Shown piece by piece: positions 25,966 to 35,401 of a stretch of 44,441 bases of DNA; within the stretch, counting starts at the first letter, position 1; every line of letters starts with the position of its first letter. The stretch lies in the IMG/VR virus record IMGVR_UViG_3300040733_000128, positions 1-44,441 of that record; one strand, 5' to 3'. Source of the DNA: a virus (lineage: Duplodnaviria > Caudoviricetes). Made by a program: the position numbers and the translations under genes. The notes beneath the pieces were generated by a model, which saw only the letters and a list, made by a program, of their open reading frames with translations, was not told the origin of the DNA and made no database searches.

Positions 25966-26531
25966 TTCCACCTGTATGAGATGTCAAGCATTGCCTTGCC
26001 TTCCGGACGCGTATTGCCTTCGCCATAGAGCGCAAGATGTACAGAACCGATCCGGAAAAAGGTCCAGCGGCCGTACAGATCCCCGCGTTTGCCTTCTATC
26101 GTGTCCAGGCCTGCCCTAATCCCGAACTCTTTCTCGTTCTTGAAAGCAATAAAGGGCAAGGGCTGCTGTTTCGCGATGATCTCCGATGTACCGGCCTGTG
26201 TGTCCATAACCGCCACAACGTTTGTCTTCCCTTCATAGGGCGGAATCTCGCCTGTAGCGGTGATCTGTTTGTTCTGGTCCTGAGCGATATCCTCAGGGAG
26301 CTTGAGCTTTTCTACGATCACGGGCTTCTCGATCGTAACGATCTCCTTCGGCCCTGGGACGTTGACGCGTTTTACCTTGACGACCTCCTTGATCTCCGGG
26401 ACCCTGACATACTCCGTGGTTGTGAGGAAGGCCGGCTTCTTCAACCAGGCGTAGATCGCCGAGGCGATGACCAGCAGGAGGATCCCCGCGAGGCCAAAGA
26501 CCGCTATTTTAAGTTTCGTTTCAAAATACAT
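25962..26531 (-). CDS. Membrane-anchored lysis-region protein (spanin-like)
   Basis: N-terminal TM segment; downstream of the endolysin. Confidence 0.5.
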   Translation of the reverse strand: MYFETKLKIAVFGLAGILLLVIASAIYAWLKKPAFLTTTEYVRVPEIKEVVKVKRVNVPGPKEIVTIEKPVIVEKLKLPEDIAQDQNKQITATGEIPPYEGKTNVVAVMDTQAGTSEIIAKQQPLPFIAFKNEKEFGIRAGLDTIEGKRGDLYGRWTFFRIGSVHLALYGEGNTRPEGKAMLDISYRWK

Positions 26532-26842
26532 AGCTGTCTCACGTTGTTCCATACGATGAAGGTATACCCTCCGCATACATACCCTCCGGTAAAGGCGATT
26601 AAGACAGGGTGGCGGGGGCCGTAATGCCATATGATGACGACCACAATAAGCGTCAGCGCGATCTTGCACGGCGTGAAGATCTTCTTCTCGATGCACCATT
26701 TAATAAACCTGTTCACCTCGGCCCCTCCTGCCTTGAGGACTTTTTTGGTGGTGATATAATCAAGGGCGCTCAGCAGGATCACAAACATGATAATGGGCGT
26801 GAATATAAACAATCTCTCCAGACCGTCGGCAAGATCCATCAT
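26504..26842 (-). CDS. Small multi-TM membrane protein (DUF5658-like)
   Basis: LDYITT....GGAEVN motif, about 3 TM segments. Confidence 0.6.
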   Translation of the reverse strand: MMDLADGLERLFIFTPIIMFVILLSALDYITTKKVLKAGGAEVNRFIKWCIEKKIFTPCKIALTLIVVVIIWHYGPRHPVLIAFTGGYVCGGYTFIVWNNVRQLCILKRNLK

Positions 26843-27435
26843 CGATACTTTTCTCCTTTCTCGAATATCAGATACGGGTATTCGATGTTTACCCGGCACA
26901 TATCGAGGTAACTGCCGGATTTGAGCCGGATGATCTTCCGCCTGCACTGCTGCTCGACGAGATAGTAGTCACAGGATCCCGCGAGCCGGATCTCCTTGTT
27001 GAGATTGCCGCAGCCTCCGTTGTATCCGCGGAACACAAAATACCAGCCGGGACAGGCGACAACTCCGTAAAGCCAGCGGTCATAAAGGATCAGGGCGCGG
27101 ATCGACCACCCGGGGTCGTAAGGGGCAGGCTCAACGGAGATCTCCTGCAGCTCCTCTTCCTTCTCGTGGATCCACCCGGCGGTGGCCGGCATGAACTGCG
27201 AAAGCCCCATGCCTCCGTCAAAGGCGGTAGCACCTTCGTTGCAGCGCGACTCCTGCTCGATCTGTCCCAGGAACAGATAATAGGGCGCGTCCATGCCGAT
27301 GTGATACCGCGCCTCCCTGATCACCTGGGGGCGGTATTTCCTGCAGCGGTCAAGCGCGCTACAGTCCGAGGCACACAGCCAGGATAATAGCAGCGTACAG
27401 AGCGCCGCGAAAAATAAGGATAGACCTTTTGTCAT
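26839..27435 (-). CDS. Endolysin, SLT lytic transglycosylase
   Basis: GQIEQES, GLSQFMPATA, YNGG; N-terminal signal/anchor. Confidence 0.9.
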   Translation of the reverse strand: MTKGLSLFFAALCTLLLSWLCASDCSALDRCRKYRPQVIREARYHIGMDAPYYLFLGQIEQESRCNEGATAFDGGMGLSQFMPATAGWIHEKEEELQEISVEPAPYDPGWSIRALILYDRWLYGVVACPGWYFVFRGYNGGCGNLNKEIRLAGSCDYYLVEQQCRRKIIRLKSGSYLDMCRVNIEYPYLIFEKGEKYR

Positions 27436-27853
27436 AAGACCTTGTCTCCTCGACTTTTCCGAAAACAGATTTAAAAAACAGAATCCATACGACCTCTGCC
27501 AGGATCATGGCGATCAGTACGAGGCAGAGCTTGTACAGGACGACCTCTATGTTGCCGGGCCTGAGTATGATGATTAAAAGCATCAGGGCGGCAAGCGGAG
27601 GGACGAATCGGAGAAGATACTTTTTTGCCGCGCTTATATTGATCTGCGGGATCTCGATGCTTCCCGTCTTCGATCGTATAAGTTTTTCAGCCTGGGCGAG
27701 CTTCTCTTTCAGTTCCTCTTCTGCTTCCTTTTTGCCTTTCAGGTACGCCTCGTTGACCTTCTCGACGATCGCCGGGTTACGCTTCGCGAAAAGAACCCCT
27801 ATGAAAAAACCGATCACAAAAGCGATGATAAATACGACGATATATGGGATCAT
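27359..27853 (-). CDS. Putative holin
   Basis: Several TM segments; VLYKLCLV...RGALYAAIILAVCLGL C-terminus; adjacent to the endolysin. Confidence 0.7.
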   Translation of the reverse strand: MIPYIVVFIIAFVIGFFIGVLFAKRNPAIVEKVNEAYLKGKKEAEEELKEKLAQAEKLIRSKTGSIEIPQINISAAKKYLLRFVPPLAALMLLIIILRPGNIEVVLYKLCLVLIAMILAEVVWILFFKSVFGKVEETRSYDKRSILIFRGALYAAIILAVCLGL

Positions 27854-27855
27854 CG

Positions 27856-28134
27856 TTACCCCTCCCTCCCGGATACTTTATCATCCGGTATTAATTTTGC
27901 TTTGTGCTCAATGATCATCTGCTCGATGAGCGTACAGCGGGTGCCTATGAGCATCTCGACGAATTTTTTTCTTGCTGCGCCGGATGAATGGTCCCAGAAC
28001 ACAAGCCATAATTCAGGATCCTTGAGGGCCGCGGCGACAAAATCCTTTTTCTCTTCCTTGGTGGCTTCCCCCCACGCCTGCAGGATCCTGTTGTCGATAG
28101 AAACAATTATCTTCAGCTCTTCATCCATGCTCAT
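27856..28134 (-). CDS. Hypothetical protein
   Basis: ATGA overlap with the upstream ORF. Confidence 0.55.
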   Translation of the reverse strand: MSMDEELKIIVSIDNRILQAWGEATKEEKKDFVAAALKDPELWLVFWDHSSGAARKKFVEMLIGTRCTLIEQMIIEHKAKLIPDDKVSGREG

Positions 28135-28331
28135 TTCCTCGGGGCCGTGGTGGGGATCACGACGTTGCCCCCGCCGTTGTGATAATGATGGTTCACCCGG
28201 TCCCATACCTCATTCAGACCGTCCTTCATTTCCTTCTTGAAGCTCCTCAGGCTCACAATAAGTATCCCGAGAAGGCAGCACGCTATCGTCGTCAGGATCG
28301 ATAAGAATGCCAGCAGGGCGTGCTCGGTCAT
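28131..28331 (-). CDS. Small single-TM protein
   Basis: ATGA overlaps on both sides; hydrophobic N-terminus. Confidence 0.6.
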   Translation of the reverse strand: MTEHALLAFLSILTTIACCLLGILIVSLRSFKKEMKDGLNEVWDRVNHHYHNGGGNVVIPTTAPRK

Positions 28332-28567
28332 TTATCCTTTCCTGGCTTATCAGGTTTGTCCGCAGGTTTATCCTCGTCGGGTTTGTTCGTACTGAGAAGA
28401 GGCGCTTCCGGTCCCTGCTCGACCGCCGAGGCCTCTTTCCCGATCGACAGCAATGCAGCCGCCTGTTTTTCGTCGATATCCTTTCCGACCGAAAGGACGG
28501 TGCCGGGCGGGATCTGCTTGCCCTCGAATATGACCCAGGCGTTTGTCCTTATCTTTTTTGTCTTCAT
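28328..28567 (-). CDS. Small post-capsid protein (gpFI position)
   Basis: RBS AAGGAG; GK..PPG.V...A..LL..G pattern. Confidence 0.65.
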   Translation of the reverse strand: MKTKKIRTNAWVIFEGKQIPPGTVLSVGKDIDEKQAAALLSIGKEASAVEQGPEAPLLSTNKPDEDKPADKPDKPGKDK

Positions 28568-28630
28568 GGCGTCTCCTTTTTCAGAAGAGGCGGGGTTTGG
28601 TCCCACCTCTTCTGTATTCTTCCGTGCGTG

Positions 28631-29635
28631 TTACTTCGTGGTGATGTTGCTGAACAGGTAGACGCATGCTGAAGCGATGTTGCTCACCACGTTCCCGTCC
28701 TTGTCAAAGGACTTCAGGAGGCACTCATCCGTGTTATGCCGCACGCGGTACACGTCCGACCTGTTGCCTTCTTCCCTGTAGACCTCCACGATCGGGTTCT
28801 GGGGTGAATCCTCGGTCCAGAGGAACGTGCGCCCCACGCAGGGCTCCTGGATATCATTCTGATCCTGGCCTATGCGCACAAGGGCGGCATACTCGTTGTC
28901 CCAGACGTCCGCGAGCGTCGAGGCGACGTTCTTGCCGGTCGAATCGTAGATCGCGCCGCCCACAAGGATGCGCGGCACCCCGAGCACCCGGGCGAGCTCG
29001 ACAGGGCCGATATTGGCGATATCGATCCCCGGGTATGTATACTTTATCCTGTCCTTGATCTCTGCCACGTTCGGGAGCTGCTGGGCCGTTGTCCAGCTTA
29101 TGATCAGCGCGTTGGGGTCCATGCCGGAGGCGGAGCGGAAGGCGATCTTGCCGGTCAGGACGTCGGCGATGGGCGTCGCGTTGGTGAGGTCGTCCCATTC
29201 GTTCGTTACCGCGTGGGCCGTGAAGTTCGAGGCGTTGAACAACTTGTCGGAGACCCTCTTCTCCTGGGATTTCAGGATGATCGTCATGGCCCTCTTTGTC
29301 GCGATCGTGTCCGCGAGCCCGGGCACGCGCCTGTTGAGCTTCGCGGCCTCGCTATCGTCGATAAGCTCTTCCCAGCCGTTCTCTTTCGTGGCGTACAGGC
29401 CCTCTTCATACTTCCAGTCGGACCTGTTGTAATGTCCTCTTGGGGCGCGGGCGGTGTCGGGGAGCTTGAGCAGGACCTCTTTCGGGATGACAGGGAACGT
29501 TGACGACTGGTCGTTGACCTCGTAGATCGGCATGACCTGGAGCCCGATGAGGCCCATGGTCGGGGTCTCGATGTGTTCCATGACGGCGACTCCCAGGTCC
29601 GGCCTGTATATGGCGTTTGTGTTCGATGATCTCAT
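28631..29635 (-). CDS. Major capsid protein
   Basis: 334 aa downstream of protease and decoration genes; W......PIADV and PCVGRTF.W motifs. Confidence 0.88.
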   Translation of the reverse strand: MRSSNTNAIYRPDLGVAVMEHIETPTMGLIGLQVMPIYEVNDQSSTFPVIPKEVLLKLPDTARAPRGHYNRSDWKYEEGLYATKENGWEELIDDSEAAKLNRRVPGLADTIATKRAMTIILKSQEKRVSDKLFNASNFTAHAVTNEWDDLTNATPIADVLTGKIAFRSASGMDPNALIISWTTAQQLPNVAEIKDRIKYTYPGIDIANIGPVELARVLGVPRILVGGAIYDSTGKNVASTLADVWDNEYAALVRIGQDQNDIQEPCVGRTFLWTEDSPQNPIVEVYREEGNRSDVYRVRHNTDECLLKSFDKDGNVVSNIASACVYLFSNITTK

Positions 29636-29655
29636 ATCTCTTTACCTCCTTTTCA

Positions 29656-30633
29656 TTATGCTGTCAGACATTTGCGCGTTACTTCGAGCCACGGGGCGAG
29701 AAGCGCGAAGTCGTCGGTGCCGAGCTGTCCGTCTTTTGGATGCAAAACGACCGTGAGGACCGTGGGCGCTGCCCGCGCGTTGGCCGCGGTGATGGTCAGG
29801 GTCTTTTCCTCAAGGGTGCCGTCAGCGGTGAATTCTCCCGAATCCCCGCCGCAGTCCGTGTCCGCGCCCGGGGCCGCCCCTGCTTCATCGAAGTATGCCT
29901 CCACCGTGACAACGGGGCTGTCCGCCACTTCCGCTCCTGCCTTGATGATCGTGCCCATGAGATGGAGGACAACGTCTTTGGTGTCGTCATAGTCCTGGGG
30001 CATGACAAACTGTGCCATGATGTCTGTCGGATTTGCCCCCGGATTCCACCTGATGGCCATTGCCTTGCTGCTCATCTGGGCCCAGCCGTCGACGGACCCG
30101 TCAACGAACGCGGCGAGGGCGGCGCCGGATTCAAGCCTCATCTCGGACGGCGCGATGGTGTACTGAGCGGTCTTAATGCCTTTCATGATCTCCACGAGGG
30201 CTGCCTCGACGGTGGTGCCGGTGATGATTTCTCCCGTGTCGGCGACGCTGACCGTCCCGGCGGTTGTTGCCTTCACGTTCCACGGCGCCACCTCGATGAC
30301 CTGGCCTTCCGCGGCGGCCTCCAGGGAGATGCCCTGGGCGGTGCCGCTCGAGGCGTCGGAGACCTTGCCGTCGTTTGCGCCGTAGAGGACCGTGCCGCGG
30401 GCGATCGCCGAGTCGACGGTGCATTCGATCTCGAACGTGCCGGGATAATTGGAGAGCCTTACGGCGACATCCTCGGTGATGAGGACGGCGTATTCCGTAA
30501 CGCCGATGTAGTCTTCGCCCGCGTCGGCATAGACGACTTCCGGGGGAGTCGTTGTCGTGCCGCTTTTTATCTTGACCCGGCGGTGCGCCTCGAGGGCCTC
30601 GCCTGCTTTGAATGTTTTGATTCCTGGATTCAT
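29656..30633 (-). CDS. Head decoration/cement protein (DUF2190-like) with extra C-terminal domain
   Basis: AGEALEAHRRVK..IGV..AIARG..G..G.SLEAA.EGQVIEV in the first ~115 aa. Confidence 0.75.
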   Translation of the reverse strand: MNPGIKTFKAGEALEAHRRVKIKSGTTTTPPEVVYADAGEDYIGVTEYAVLITEDVAVRLSNYPGTFEIECTVDSAIARGTVLYGANDGKVSDASSGTAQGISLEAAAEGQVIEVAPWNVKATTAGTVSVADTGEIITGTTVEAALVEIMKGIKTAQYTIAPSEMRLESGAALAAFVDGSVDGWAQMSSKAMAIRWNPGANPTDIMAQFVMPQDYDDTKDVVLHLMGTIIKAGAEVADSPVVTVEAYFDEAGAAPGADTDCGGDSGEFTADGTLEEKTLTITAANARAAPTVLTVVLHPKDGQLGTDDFALLAPWLEVTRKCLTA

Positions 30634-30636
30634 GGT

Positions 30637-32043
30637 CTACCTCCCTCTGCCTGTGTTGGCTTTATTGATGTAATCCGCGTGTTTTGCGGGATGCTTGGTC
30701 CTGATGGCCTGCATGGCGATGAACTTCGAACATTTGTTCGCGGCCATGTGCTCTTCGACAAGGGTCATGAAATCTTTACCGTCGCCTGTTTGATCGGTTT
30801 CGGTGCCGGGATCCCCCGCGCCGGTCTTTTTCAGGCCTGCAAGGATCTCTTCCTTCTTCTTCTCCTCACCGGTCTGCGTGACGGAGACCGCGGGGTTCGC
30901 CGCCCTGAAAGCGGCATACTGCTCGACGGTGGCGCCGCTTTTGACGATCGCGGCGAACTGGTCCGCCTCCTCCTTGCCGAAGTGTGCCCCGGCGAGGCCC
31001 AGGATGCGCGTCCGCTCTGCTTCCGCTGCCTGCGCGCTGGGGCCTTCCAGGTCGACGTCTTTTACTGCCTGCTCGCGTACCGCTGCCGTAAGTTCCGGGT
31101 AAGCGGCGGCGAGCTGTTCGATTGTGGTGATAACTTTATCTGACATGCTCTTCTCCTTCCCGGAGGCTGTCATTCCTCCAGAGTTTTTTATTCCTGCCGG
31201 ATTGCCGGCAAGGTCGATCATAGTATCAAGGGTCATGATGCCGTCGATGAGGCCTGAATCGACTGCCTGCTGGCCGATGAAATAGTCCTTTACGTCAGTG
31301 GACATCCTGGTGAGCACCGTCTCCGGGGTTACCCCGCGATAACGGGCAATGGTATTGATGAAGAGGGAATAGTAGTAATCCACTTTCTCCTCGATGGTCA
31401 TGCGGGCCTCTTCGGTCAGGGGACCGTCGGAGACAAGCCCCTTGTATTTGCCGCGGTAGATCTTCGTGGTGACAATGCCCGCTCCCTGTTCCCTGGCTGA
31501 AGTGTCTCTGTGGACGGCGATCACCCCGATGGAGCCCACTATCGCGGCCACATCGGTCGCATACACCCGGGATGCCGCGGCGCCGATGAGATACGCGGCG
31601 GACGCCATGGTCCCGTACGCGAGGGATATGATGTCTTTTATTCCGCGGGATCCGTAGACCAGGTCCGCGAACTCGAAGATGCCGTCGAGGGAGCCTCCCG
31701 GGGAATCAAGCACGAGGATTATGGTGTGGATCAGCGGGTCCGCGAGCGCGGTCCTGAAATCGGCGGATATCTTTTCGACAGGGATCCCGCCGGAGATCTC
31801 CATGAAGAGGTCCATGCGCTTCGCTATCACGCCGTATGCTGATATTATTGCTACGCCGTTTTTGACCTGGTAGGGCTTCTGCTCGTTGTTGAGAGGCCTG
31901 CCGAGCTGTGCCTCGATGGCCTTGATGTCAGGGGTCTTGCCGTCGCGGTGGTCGGCGTATATGCGGCAGATCTCCTGGAGCATCTCGGGGGTCACCGCCC
32001 AGGGCGTGTTATGGATGAGCGCGCCGGTATATTCAAGCTTCAT
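30637..32043 (-). CDS. S49 prohead protease with C-terminal scaffold
   Basis: DSPGG, MASAAY, GSIGV, GLID. Confidence 0.92.
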   Translation of the reverse strand: MKLEYTGALIHNTPWAVTPEMLQEICRIYADHRDGKTPDIKAIEAQLGRPLNNEQKPYQVKNGVAIISAYGVIAKRMDLFMEISGGIPVEKISADFRTALADPLIHTIILVLDSPGGSLDGIFEFADLVYGSRGIKDIISLAYGTMASAAYLIGAAASRVYATDVAAIVGSIGVIAVHRDTSAREQGAGIVTTKIYRGKYKGLVSDGPLTEEARMTIEEKVDYYYSLFINTIARYRGVTPETVLTRMSTDVKDYFIGQQAVDSGLIDGIMTLDTMIDLAGNPAGIKNSGGMTASGKEKSMSDKVITTIEQLAAAYPELTAAVREQAVKDVDLEGPSAQAAEAERTRILGLAGAHFGKEEADQFAAIVKSGATVEQYAAFRAANPAVSVTQTGEEKKKEEILAGLKKTGAGDPGTETDQTGDGKDFMTLVEEHMAANKCSKFIAMQAIRTKHPAKHADYINKANTGRGR

Positions 32044-33712
32044 CGCCTGCTCCTTTCATGTCGTCGACATCGCTGTCGCCGGTCCTGTTTTCTTTTTCCG
32101 CCCACTGCTCTGATTTTTCGGGTGTGATCTTTTCTTCCGTAAGGCCCCGTTCCCTCATCATTTCCTGTTCTTCCTGGAGCTGGTCAAGGGTGGGCCGCAG
32201 TTCGCCGCCGCGTTCGGCGATAGCCTCAGCGCGGGTCTTGATATTATTCTGGATCGCGAGCGCGTCCGCCTGGACCGCTTTGATTGGCTCGATATCTCCC
32301 TTCGGGGATCCGCGCCAGTCGGCACGGGTAAGGGCATAGATGTTCACGTAAAAATCCGGGACATCGAATTCCCCCTTGAGGTAGGCCTCTTCCTGCAGCA
32401 TCGTATAGATAGGCTGGCAGGTATCTTCGCCGAGCCAGACGCGGTGCATCATGAATACCCGCCAGGCATCGAGCATGGCGGAGCGGAAGCCGGCGAAGTT
32501 GACCCCTTCCACGTCCTTGAAGGCGACAGGGTAGGGGATATTTATCCCCATTGCGATCGCCTTCTTAATAATCTTCGTGAAAGGGTCGAATGTGGTGCCT
32601 GGCCTGTTTGGAGACAGGAGATGAGGCGTCTGGCCCTGCTCGCCATAATAGATATAGCCGCCGAGGACCTTCTGGTACCGGATATCCTGCTCCGTGCCGT
32701 CAGACTTGGTTTCTGTCTCTGTGAGGGAGGCAAGGTTCCGGGCGATCCCGAGAGGATCCTGCCCCGGGGCCAATTCAATAAACATTGAAATCGCAGAGGC
32801 AATGATGTTCGACGTAAGCTCGGTGTCGAGATAATCGTTGAGGTCCCGGAAGAACTTCATGGAGGGTGTCAGAAGCGGCCAGCCCCTGATCTGCTCCGGG
32901 GAACGGGAAATAAAGCGGTGGATCACGTTCGGGCGGTGGCCGGAAAATGCCGGGATCCTGAGGAAATTCTGCGACGTATCGGGGAGCTGGGCGGATAGCG
33001 CAAATTGGGAACTCTTTTTGATCCAGTATGCGACAGGCTCACCATATGCACCGAGTTCGATTCCGTCCTTGATGGACGGGTCGTTAAGCTTGTCTGCAGG
33101 GGTCTTGAGCCGCAGCGGGTTGATGACGCGGCACGCGAGCATATATGGCCGCGAGGGATTGTCAATCATGTGGATAAGAATTAGGTACTCGCCGTACTCG
33201 CAGAGATTCCGGATGCACAGATACTGGATCGCTCCGAATGTCATCCGCGCGGAGGCATCGGCTGAAGCGTGCCAGCGCTGATAGACCGAGCGCTGTTTTG
33301 CCTGTAGTTCCCTGATCTGATCTTTCTTGAGATCGACTACATCTGCATCGAGGGCGGGGATCGGGCGCAGGCCTGGGCCGGCGATCGTTGTCGCGAAGGT
33401 GTCGACCACGCCGGCGGCGTGGGAGTCATTTTGTGTAAGGTCGATAGAGCGGGCGACAATGGCTTCACGTTCCAGTGCCTCCTGCTGACGGGAGAAGAGA
33501 CGCTTCGGGATCCAGTTCTTCATGGAACTGGAGCGCTTTGCAGCGGCATGGCGATAGCTATAATAGGAATCCGGGGAGATCGGTAAGGGGGCCCCATTCG
33601 GCGCATAGAGCACAGGAGTTCTTGCCGCTCCTGCAGCCGCGGCCATCTCTACGGCAAGGGCATTCCTGGCTGCTGTGAAGATCTCGAGTTTTCTTGCGGT
33701 TGCTGAGTTCAT
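32033..33712 (-). CDS. Portal protein, lambda family
   Basis: ARSIDL.QN, DGIE..YGEPVAYW, Q.RG.P, NFAGFRSA, IEPIK. Confidence 0.92.
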   Translation of the reverse strand: MNSATARKLEIFTAARNALAVEMAAAAGAARTPVLYAPNGAPLPISPDSYYSYRHAAAKRSSSMKNWIPKRLFSRQQEALEREAIVARSIDLTQNDSHAAGVVDTFATTIAGPGLRPIPALDADVVDLKKDQIRELQAKQRSVYQRWHASADASARMTFGAIQYLCIRNLCEYGEYLILIHMIDNPSRPYMLACRVINPLRLKTPADKLNDPSIKDGIELGAYGEPVAYWIKKSSQFALSAQLPDTSQNFLRIPAFSGHRPNVIHRFISRSPEQIRGWPLLTPSMKFFRDLNDYLDTELTSNIIASAISMFIELAPGQDPLGIARNLASLTETETKSDGTEQDIRYQKVLGGYIYYGEQGQTPHLLSPNRPGTTFDPFTKIIKKAIAMGINIPYPVAFKDVEGVNFAGFRSAMLDAWRVFMMHRVWLGEDTCQPIYTMLQEEAYLKGEFDVPDFYVNIYALTRADWRGSPKGDIEPIKAVQADALAIQNNIKTRAEAIAERGGELRPTLDQLQEEQEMMRERGLTEEKITPEKSEQWAEKENRTGDSDVDDMKGAGDEA

Positions 33713-33713
33713 A

Positions 33714-33929
33714 TCAATCCCTCTCTAAGAGCCCGCGGTTGAATACGGGCCCGCCGGTGCCCTGCTCTGCCTTGTAGCGGGCGAGAAGGATATCTTCGCG
33801 TTTAGAGAGCTCTCCCAGGTTCGCGCGGCTTAAGCGCTTGCCGTCGATACTCACGTCCTGCCCGGACATGACGGCAGTGATAGCAGCCTGAACCTCTTCG
33901 AGCTGTTCAAGGGTAGTTTTGAGGGCCAC
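33714..33929 (-). CDS. Head completion protein, gpW-like
   Basis: GQ.VSIDGKRLSRANL.EL; directly precedes the portal. Confidence 0.8.
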   Translation of the reverse strand: MALKTTLEQLEEVQAAITAVMSGQDVSIDGKRLSRANLGELSKREDILLARYKAEQGTGGPVFNRGLLERD

Positions 33930-34018
33930 CGTTAGCGGCCCCCAAGGTCTGAAGCGTGGAAGGTATTGTGGAGATTGCTGCTCATTTGAGGAAATTGTAA
34001 CCCCTGATTTTTAGCAAA

Positions 34019-34075
34019 ACCGTGGAATGACCATATCAGACCGTGGAATGACCATATCAGACCGTGGAATAACCA
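34019..34075. repeat. 21-bp tandem repeat (2.7 copies), likely late-promoter element
   Basis: ACCGTGGAATGACCATATCAG x2 plus ACCGTGGAATAACCA. Confidence 0.9.
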
Positions 34076-34111
34076 ATTATTTACTTGACAGGGGTTTTAG
34101 AGGGGAGGAAA

Positions 34112-35401
34112 TCACCAGATTATTTTGCTGTTATTGAGGACTATTTCTTCAACCCCGATATATCCAACATATCGCTCGACGATGACGTCGCAGTAGGCCG
34201 GTGATAGTTCCATCAGGCGGCAGCGGCGAAAGAGTTGCTCACAGGCGATGAGGGTACTTCCGGATCCTCCGAAGGGATCGCAGACGATATCGTTGATGTT
34301 TGACATGAGGCGGATCGCGCGGGATGGCAGGGCCACCGGGAAGCAGGCGAGGTGGTTACCGAGCTGCACCTTTTCCGTGCTCGTATTAATGTGCCAGCAA
34401 TTCGTGACCCCTTTCCCTGTACGCTTATTGAACCAGGCCCTTTTGCTGGTGGTGCTGATGCAGAACAGTTCGAGCTCCTGGTGGATCGATTCCTCATCAC
34501 CGGTAAGAAGGATATCCTCATATTGTCGCGTAAGGGCATCGCTGGTGACGATAGGAAGCCCGTGACCTTTATCCCAGAGGATGAGTTCGAGGAACGTGAG
34601 ACCAGTCTCTTTGACTATCCTGTACATGATTTCAATAAATTCCCAGCGGGAGTTCTTGTTGTAGCTGATATTCCAGAAGAGGTACCCTTTCAGGTATCGC
34701 TGCCAGGCGGTGACCACGCGGAGATTGAAGTCGATATATTCGGTACTTTTCATGTTGTCGGAATATTCCTTGTACATGCCTCCTGCCATGTTGTAGGGGG
34801 GCGATGTGAAGATGAGCTTCGCCACGTCGTGGCTCATGAGGTGGGAGATATCATCCGGGTTTGTCGCGTCCCCGCAGAGGAGGCGATGGGGGCCCAGCTC
34901 GTAGAGATCTCCCGGGCGGGTCCTGGGATCCTGAGGAGGTTCCGGGATCGCGTCCGCATCGGTGAGACCTTTCTTGACGTCGAGGGCAAGGATCTCCTCG
35001 ATCTCGGGCATATCAAAACCCGTTAGCGTCAGGTCGATATCGGTGAATTGAGCGAGGCGCTCGAGGATCGCCTGAAGGTTCTTTTCATCCCATGTACCAG
35101 ATATCCTGTTAAGCGCGAGCCCGAGGATCGTTGCTTTTTCTTTCGAGAGGTTCACTTCAATGCAGGGGATGTTATCTATTTTGAGATCCCTGCACGCCCT
35201 GGTCCTCTGGACGCCGTCTATGACGGTCATGTCATGATTGATGATTACGGGTGCTGGAATCCCGTATTCCTCGATGATTCTTTTCAGTTTGTCATATTCA
35301 ATGAGGTGCATCCGGCGTGGATGCCCTTTTTCGATGGTGAGGTTTTTAACAGGTACCGTCCTGTACTTAAAGAGTACCGGCTGTTTGTTCTCATTCTCCA
35401 T
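34112..35401 (-). CDS. ParB-like domain + DNA methyltransferase (SPPY, likely m4C)
   Basis: VIDGVQR, LALNRISG; FTSPPY; DPFGGSG. Confidence 0.9.
   Translation of the reverse strand: MENENKQPVLFKYRTVPVKNLTIEKGHPRRMHLIEYDKLKRIIEEYGIPAPVIINHDMTVIDGVQRTRACRDLKIDNIPCIEVNLSKEKATILGLALNRISGTWDEKNLQAILERLAQFTDIDLTLTGFDMPEIEEILALDVKKGLTDADAIPEPPQDPRTRPGDLYELGPHRLLCGDATNPDDISHLMSHDVAKLIFTSPPYNMAGGMYKEYSDNMKSTEYIDFNLRVVTAWQRYLKGYLFWNISYNKNSRWEFIEIMYRIVKETGLTFLELILWDKGHGLPIVTSDALTRQYEDILLTGDEESIHQELELFCISTTSKRAWFNKRTGKGVTNCWHINTSTEKVQLGNHLACFPVALPSRAIRLMSNINDIVCDPFGGSGSTLIACEQLFRRCRLMELSPAYCDVIVERYVGYIGVEEIVLNNSKIIW

Noticed and set aside
14208-30633. Second DGR target (additional VR)
   Set aside because: No other ORF ends in an RGG...GFR-like repeat, and I saw no third TR copy by eye; a self-alignment would confirm.
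29617-31143. 508-aa plus-strand ORF and other long antisense ORFs (10693-11544, 12670-13632, 23567-24601, 40432-41301)
   Set aside because: They are shadows of well-supported minus-strand genes in GC-rich DNA and carry no motifs.
34019-34075. CRISPR array
   Set aside because: The repeats are contiguous with no spacers, and there are no cas genes.
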